A stretch of 57,149 nucleotides of DNA, the filler included, from Basidiobolus ranarum (lineage: Eukaryota): NCBI GenBank assembly GCA_040143965.1. It is 6 parts of 6 records of this genome, joined end to end, with 100 filler letters (N's around TTAATTAATTAA, not from the genome) between each part and the next. Parts side by side here need not be neighbours in the genome. Positions count along the whole stretch, not along the records: positions 47,734 to 57,149 come from JASJQH010000828.1; 5 more parts are not named here. One strand, written 5' to 3'. How positions within the stretch are numbered: the stretch's first letter is position 1; each line of letters begins with the position of its first letter. Below are positions 50,771-57,149 of the stretch, piece by piece. The notes under the pieces are model-generated. The model was not told the DNA's origin and ran no database searches. It saw only the letters and a program-made list of their open reading frames with translations. Made by a program: the position numbers and the translations under genes.

Positions 50771-52762
50771 ATGAACGAGAAAAAGGTGAAAACCAAAGTA
50801 TTCCAAGAGGAAACTATGAGAATGGTGCATCACTCCTATGGAGAGGAAGGCCAGAACCCAATATTCGAAGGAGATACACTCAACACTATTTGGTCCCCTT
50901 TTACTTCGTTATTTACAAGTGACCAGGTCAATATCGTATTAATGGCATGGCTTCCATCCATGCTAGCCACTTCAGGACATATAGCAGTGGATATGTTTTT
51001 AATTTCCGCACTAGTGGCAGGTCTTGTGGCACTTTTGAAATTTATTGGTCACATTTCAGCGAGCATATTCCACTTCAGAAGCAAAAAGCAAGCTGACTCT
51101 ATCAGCATTCACATAGAACCGGATTTTATAGGGCCTTACGAGGAATACGAAGTCAACACTCATCACAAGTCATTATCTTGGTTGGTCTCTGAACAAAGTA
51201 AATTCTTACTGAAAGGAAACTTTCTAATGGTTCCCGAAGTTAATAACTATCGTGGCGGCAATGACGAAGAAGTGTACGTTCCCAGGTTTAATGTTCTCCC
51301 ACAAGATAACGAGAACCTTTTCATTGCTTTTAATAACGACGTATTTAAAGTGTATTTCAAAAAATCCACCGATCAAGAGAATCAAGCAAAAGAAGAGAAT
51401 AATAATAATGCTTTTGATGACGGCAAGGGTAAAAAGAAAGCCAAGGTCCTTCCATCAATTGTAGTCGAGTACTGTCCCAATTTTGTATATCCAGACGGAA
51501 CCAAGCCAAAGAGCCGCAATCTAGATGCCAAAAATGAGATGCAAGAGTTGAGCAAAAAATCCTTAAGTAACCCGGATTTTGCCATGAATAAGGTGATTGC
51601 TTTCGTACAAGCCATAACAAGGGCACATTTGATGGAAAAGAGGGACGATCACGTTCGTTCTAGATATGAAAGATCGACCTATGGATGGAAAGCTGTTCAA
51701 ACACTCAATCTGACCCGAGGTCTACGCACGGTTTGTCTGGATAAAAGCAACGAAGAGCTATTAAAGCATGATTTGGATACCTTTGTGTCTGATAAAGATT
51801 TCTACCAACGAATTGGACTTCCATACCGTCGAGGAATCTTGCTATATGGCAAGCCCGGTACTGGAAAGACATCACTCATCAATGCTATTTCTAGTGAGCT
51901 GAATCGCAACTTGTATTTTATCAATCTAAAGGAGATAGACAGTGATTCCGCTTTGAATAGCGCGTTCAATTCAGTTCCTGCCAATCAAATCGTTGTGCTT
52001 GAAGACTGCGATACTCAAAGTAAGATTCTGCATGCTCGTAAACACATATCATCCAAGGATGAGTTTATGCAGATACTAGGGCCTGGAGTCGGGTTTGGAA
52101 AGGGGGACTTGGGGAATAAAGTTGGAGGAGCTGAAGGATTCTTCAAGCCATTCTCACTGTCCACCTTCCTAGCAAACTTGGATGGGCATTCCCTTTCTGA
52201 TGGTAATATCATTATTATGACCACCAATCACCCAGAGCTACTCGATCCTGCCGTGATTAGACCTGGTCGTATGGATTTAAAGATTGAGTTGGGCTACTGT
52301 ACACACTATCAAATTCAAAATATGTACTCTTCCGTATTGGAAGACCCTGAAGCAAAACTAGACGAAGAAATACTCAAAGAAAACGTCCCTGAACGACTAC
52401 TTCCCCCTTGTGAAGTAATGACATGTATGGTTTTATATCGTCGTACACCAGAGAAAATACTGGATAAACTATTGGAATTAGTAGAGAAATTCCAGAAAGG
52501 TGCCAAGTCCATTAGTGAACAAGAATTGGAAGGTAGAGCCCAAGAGGAATTGGAAAATAAGATCTTAATGGAAATCAAAGCCAAGCAAGAAAATCCAAAT
52601 TCTGACCATACCACAGAAGAGGAGAAGCGAGTGAAAGTACAAGAATTAACAGATGACAGCATTGATGAATTCTCAATGGATCAACCTTTCCAGATAGAGG
52701 TGAATGACAAAACTCCCACTGATTCAGACTATGGGTCAGATACCGAGCGAGTTGTTGGTTAA
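50771..52762 (+). CDS. BCS1-like AAA+ ATPase with an N-terminal transmembrane segment, intronless
   Basis: FYQRIGLPYRRGILLYGKPGTGKTS (Walker A), IVVLEDCD (Walker B), LSTFLANLDG and MTTNHPELLDPAVIRPGRMD. First ATG at 50771; the ORF track starts at a TTG. Confidence 0.9.
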   Translation: MNEKKVKTKVFQEETMRMVHHSYGEEGQNPIFEGDTLNTIWSPFTSLFTSDQVNIVLMAWLPSMLATSGHIAVDMFLISALVAGLVALLKFIGHISASIFHFRSKKQADSISIHIEPDFIGPYEEYEVNTHHKSLSWLVSEQSKFLLKGNFLMVPEVNNYRGGNDEEVYVPRFNVLPQDNENLFIAFNNDVFKVYFKKSTDQENQAKEENNNNAFDDGKGKKKAKVLPSIVVEYCPNFVYPDGTKPKSRNLDAKNEMQELSKKSLSNPDFAMNKVIAFVQAITRAHLMEKRDDHVRSRYERSTYGWKAVQTLNLTRGLRTVCLDKSNEELLKHDLDTFVSDKDFYQRIGLPYRRGILLYGKPGTGKTSLINAISSELNRNLYFINLKEIDSDSALNSAFNSVPANQIVVLEDCDTQSKILHARKHISSKDEFMQILGPGVGFGKGDLGNKVGGAEGFFKPFSLSTFLANLDGHSLSDGNIIIMTTNHPELLDPAVIRPGRMDLKIELGYCTHYQIQNMYSSVLEDPEAKLDEEILKENVPERLLPPCEVMTCMVLYRRTPEKILDKLLELVEKFQKGAKSISEQELEGRAQEELENKILMEIKAKQENPNSDHTTEEEKRVKVQELTDDSIDEFSMDQPFQIEVNDKTPTDSDYGSDTERVVG

Positions 52763-53518
52763 ACTTAGAAATACCACGACTGGCATAACTACCGTCACCT
52801 AATTGTATAAAGCAGTAGAGCATTTATGTTAATTAAATAAATATTATCGATTTTATGGACTGCGCTAATTCCTGCCGAAGTATATCATCCCAAATTATGA
52901 ATACTAGCCTTTAAGCATTGACACGTCGAACAATGGCTAATGTAAGCGTTAGAATTCTTGGCACTTTTTACAATGTTAAACCAAGTGATGAAGAGCAAGT
53001 ATCATTGATCGATATACATATATTTACTCGTCAATCACACTTTCAACTATAACATTCCTCATAATAGTAAAAGCTGTCATACAAGGCCGTTTGTGAAATA
53101 CTCAAATCAAATGCTTGGTACCTGAAAGAACATTAAGACTTCTTATTCAATTTAACCCTAACCCTAAATTCACACTGATCATTTCGCTCTGTTAATCAAT
53201 GAATCATCTCAATGCGGATCTCAAAGTTGAATATAGCAAGAGTATTGTAACTATATATAATATTGAAGTTTAGTATGTTTTTATATATTTCACCCAAATA
53301 TTGGTCTTTGCCTTATCTAAGTTAAACATTTTTAGTAAAAGTTACAATCAGTAGTTAAAACTACAATCAGCATTACTATTTGTTGAACTAGAGGCAACAA
53401 GGACATCTGAATTGTCCCTAGTTGATGAATGTGCTTATGAGAATGATACATGTTGACCTTTTTAATCATTGACTACAACTACTCCAATATTCATTGGTTT
53501 GATATGGTAAAGGAAAGG

Positions 53519-53681
53519 AAGGAGGCGGCGCATAGCGCTCACCTCCCACAAACAAAAATTTAACAGTCGAGACACCCCTAAGGATGTTCGCGTCAAGGAC
53601 CCTGAGACGCTGTGCAATGCTCAATTTCCAAGACGAAGAGCTCACCTACTTGATCGTAAGCTCCCCCTGCCAGGTAAGTAT
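53519..53681 (-). ncRNA. U1: U1 spliceosomal snRNA
   Basis: The minus strand begins ATACTTACCTGGCAGGGG. It has the stem-loop I loop GATCAAGTAG (U1-70K site), CATTGCAC (U1A site), the Sm site AAATTTTTG and the terminal hairpin GGAGGTGAGCGCTATGCGCCGCCTCC. Length is about 163 nt. Confidence 0.96.
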
Positions 53682-56600
53682 GACTTGTAAAATAAGGAAT
53701 CACCAAACTTTATACAAATCGATTGATTTGCCATATTGTGGGATAAGGTATTAATCAATGCCATTTTAATTGATATCCAGTCACTTCAATATCTACTAAG
53801 AAATTCCTCGTTATTTTTATATATTGCTGTGTTCCCGGTAGCTTCCAGTATTCCAGCCAACTGTTATCCATACAACGATAATGCTTGCCACTTCAGTTTT
53901 CCGCGTGTGCAACACGAGTATCTGTATCAAGCGTGAAACAAGTCTGTCACCATCCACATTCCAACCATCAGTCACTAGCATGATAGTCTAACTGCTCATG
54001 TTAGCACAAGAAACATATTCAACGTAACGTAGCATTGGTAGTCTCCAAGTAATCTGGTAGCGAGTACTCTTTTGATTCGATATTCAGTCGATAATAGTTA
54101 CTAAATAATGGTGAACTTAGCTTCAAATTCTTTAAGCGATTGCGATACTCAGACTAATAAAATCACTAGTCAATACAACAATTAAAGCAGTATTAATAGT
54201 AACCATTCCACTATATTCTTATTCATTCATGGAACTGATAGATACTCGGATAAGCATTACTGCTTTTAACTGGAGTGAAATTTTCTGGTTTATCAATTTA
54301 AGATTTCAGTGCAAAAAATATGTTGAGCTCAGAACTGATTGACCCATTACAATGGATATCAAGGCAGTATAATCATTTTTGTAATGTTGAAGACTGTTCT
54401 TGAGTCTCTGATTAAGTTATGTGACAGACCTCAATCTGTAGCACAGAGTGAATGCTAAGATACTATCAATAAAGTAATGTGTGCTCAAAAAATGGCTCAT
54501 TTATGAGTGCCAGTGTATGCATGAGTGTATAGTTAGAGTTGATTTAGGTATACAGAAGGGCCCATTATTGATTTTCTTACTAACTAGGTAGAAGTATGAA
54601 AAACTTCTTAGGGTTTAGCTGGTTTTGCCATTATTTGTATGGTAAAAAACTTAACTCTGGTATTAATCTTGCTTGTATTAATATTGGATCAAGTATACCA
54701 TGGAATAAGATACACAAACATATAGTATATCACCAAAGTCATACCTCAGGGTTGCAGTAAATCCACAATTTCAGAGTTATATGCCCTGTTATGCATCATG
54801 AATATCTGGACAACACTTGTTTGTTTAAGCTCTCAGCATCAACAAAGTATAAATGACTCTCAGAATGTAGTTCTTTTCAATATGCCAACCAATATTGAAA
54901 GGAATCTAAGGTGCCTCCAGAGAATGGCGAAGCCTATGGAAACCAAAAAAGCCTGATTTCATTGATTATGGTGGCAAAAGAATAGGGAAAACCCACCAAT
55001 ATCAGACAGCAACATAGTGCAGGAGGTTGAAGTATTTTGGGATTTGTTGCAAGTAATACGGAGAGCGCAAAGAGCTGGTGGTTTTCACTTAGTGATTCAT
55101 TTCAGTGTAAGCTGATATTCATACTTTTGTCAAGATGAGGACAAACTGATGTGTGGAATATGTTTAGAAAGGCTTCAGGAACATATTTACAAAGCTTGGG
55201 GTCTTTTTGATGTGCTTTATAAATCATATAATGCTTGACCTTCCAAGTTGGCAAAAGCGTTCCAAGCAGATTCCTCAAGAAGATATTGGATATCAACATG
55301 GTGAAACCTAGGTAGCTAACTACACAACTATATGTATGCTTAAGCTAGGTCATTTTCAGCACAGGCAGCTCAGAAGCATATCAAACATTAAGCTTGAAAT
55401 AGGCAAATGATAAACCAAAAAAATCTTTGATTTCCCATGTTGCCAAAACTGAACTCAAATGGAATGCTATCACAGAATATACAATGGTGGGTTATACCAG
55501 TATGGAGCTGTATGGTGAGATGAATTCTGCTACACATTGACAAAAGAGTCTGAATCCAAAGATTACTTTCTCCTTTGGTTCTGAACATGTTGGTAATGAG
55601 AAATATTAGACTTGGGTACTTGATACCAAAATCTGAGACAAAGCTCACTTATCAAGGTATATTGGATAAGGGTAAGCTTTCCATATTGGACTTGTTCCAT
55701 TGTTCCAGGATTTATTGGACCTTGGATCAATATATAAATGTGATTGAAATTGATCATGCCAGAGGGTGCTGGAGAGTGCCAAATTGTGCCACATAAATTT
55801 TAGACTACTTTATCCAATATGATATATACCACACAATCTGGCACTATCACAGAGAACAAGTCCATTTAATTAGGATTAAATGAGGTTGAACTAATTATTG
55901 TTGCTACTACTTCCATTTTTACCTCCACTTGTGCTTCAATAATAAATATTTACATTAAATAAGCTGCTACACACAGACCCACAGCTAGCTAGATTCAGGC
56001 AGTAGATACAACATTTATCATTATTACACTTCACACAGCAAACCTCTCATGAGTGCAGTTCCACATTCCTTCTGCATAGATACAGCCACAACATTAGTGC
56101 TGGGGTACCACAACATTCTCATCATCATTGCTGATTCTAAATCCAACAGCTTTTCAGCCACTACCAAGGCTAATATAAATATCACTAGCAGTTGGACTAA
56201 CAATTACATCTTTGCACACCAATCTGCTATCCTAATTATCACTTATATTTAGATCTACTTTGTTATATACTTTTTCGCACACTATTGCTTCATTGTATAA
56301 CTTCCCAAAAGTTGGTTCACGTTCAGTAACATTCTCCGGTATCTTTTATGCTGCACTCTATCCATCTTTGACAAGGGTATACATGGGAAAATGGCTACAG
56401 CTACTATATACTTCGTAGCATTCAAAATAAGTGTTAAGAGGATAATACAGAATACTATTGGAAAGTATGAGTTGGCAAGTGTGCTAATACTAACAAGTGA
56501 TATATTTTTAAAGTTGAAGTACAAGTACAACTTTGGCATTCATTTATTTCTACCTACGATTTGGCATTAGAAGCTGGAATAATGGTATACTCAGCAAAGA

Positions 56601-57149
56601 AGTATAGAGTTGTCACTGGAGATGCTAGAAGTATAAAATACACTAAATGTAATACATAAATATTTAACTGCTTAATTGTAATATTGCTGGGAATATATAC
56701 ACAGTAAAGATGCTACTTGTATATATATTAAATTTGGAATAATCTGTTACACCTGTTCTGTACAGTGAGTAAAAAATAATGGAAAACTACTCTGTAAGAA
56801 AACAAAACTTATTGCAACTACAATATAGCATGATGGATATTGCTGAATTGAGTACTATTGAAAAGATGTAGCCTAGAAATGGGGAAGATATCACGAATAT
56901 GCAAGAATAAACAAGAAACTAGACAATATTGCCTCATATGCAAACTCATCGATCAAAAATAGGATATCGATTCTTTTAGAATAGCACAACAAACATGCCG
57001 TTTTAATGCCCTAACTTGACTAGCCAATGTTGAAATGGGTTTGCTGAAGGAAAAAGCTAGAATAACTGGAACCCCAGTGAGAATTGTCTATACATGATAG
57101 GTTTACAGAAAAATTCTGACAGCTCCTCTACACCTCACAAATATTCCAG

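Noticed and set aside
53153-53167. TAACCCTAACCCTAA telomere-like tract
   Set aside because: Only about two units, internal to a contig.

Overview
This is eukaryotic, fungal-type DNA: AT-rich, with short GT-AG introns and a U1 snRNA. It probably comes from an early-diverging fungus; Basidiobolus or a relative is a guess from gene content, not a demonstrated assignment. The window is not one locus. Five identical 100-bp linkers (N44-TTAATTAATTAA-N44) join six contigs of decreasing length (9465, 9460, 9447, 9443, 9418, 9416 bp), so adjacency across a linker means nothing. Contig 1 holds cystathionine beta-synthase, a Naa50-like GNAT, a multi-intron type II NADH dehydrogenase and an SLC35F6-like transporter. 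Contig 2 holds the 3' A-T-C part of a ferrichrome-type NRPS, a decayed NiCoT relic, a FAS1 protein and a frameshifted amino-acid permease. Contig 3 holds MSS1/MnmE, an MFS permease, a bacterial-type GNAT pseudogene and PHYHD1. Contig 4 holds a ~330-bp diverged tandem repeat and a PY-motif hypothetical protein. Contig 5 holds the 5' end of a C2H2 zinc-finger gene, a 7.7-kb gene-poor stretch and an FCP1/NIF-like protein. Contig 6 holds a frameshifted M13 peptidase, a BCS1-like AAA ATPase, U1 snRNA and a strongly CpG-depleted 2-kb relic. The best lead is the NRPS: its last A domain has a hydroxamate-ornithine-like code but is followed by only one T-C instead of the usual T-C repeats. I found no convincing novel multi-gene system. 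All alignments and counts were made by eye.
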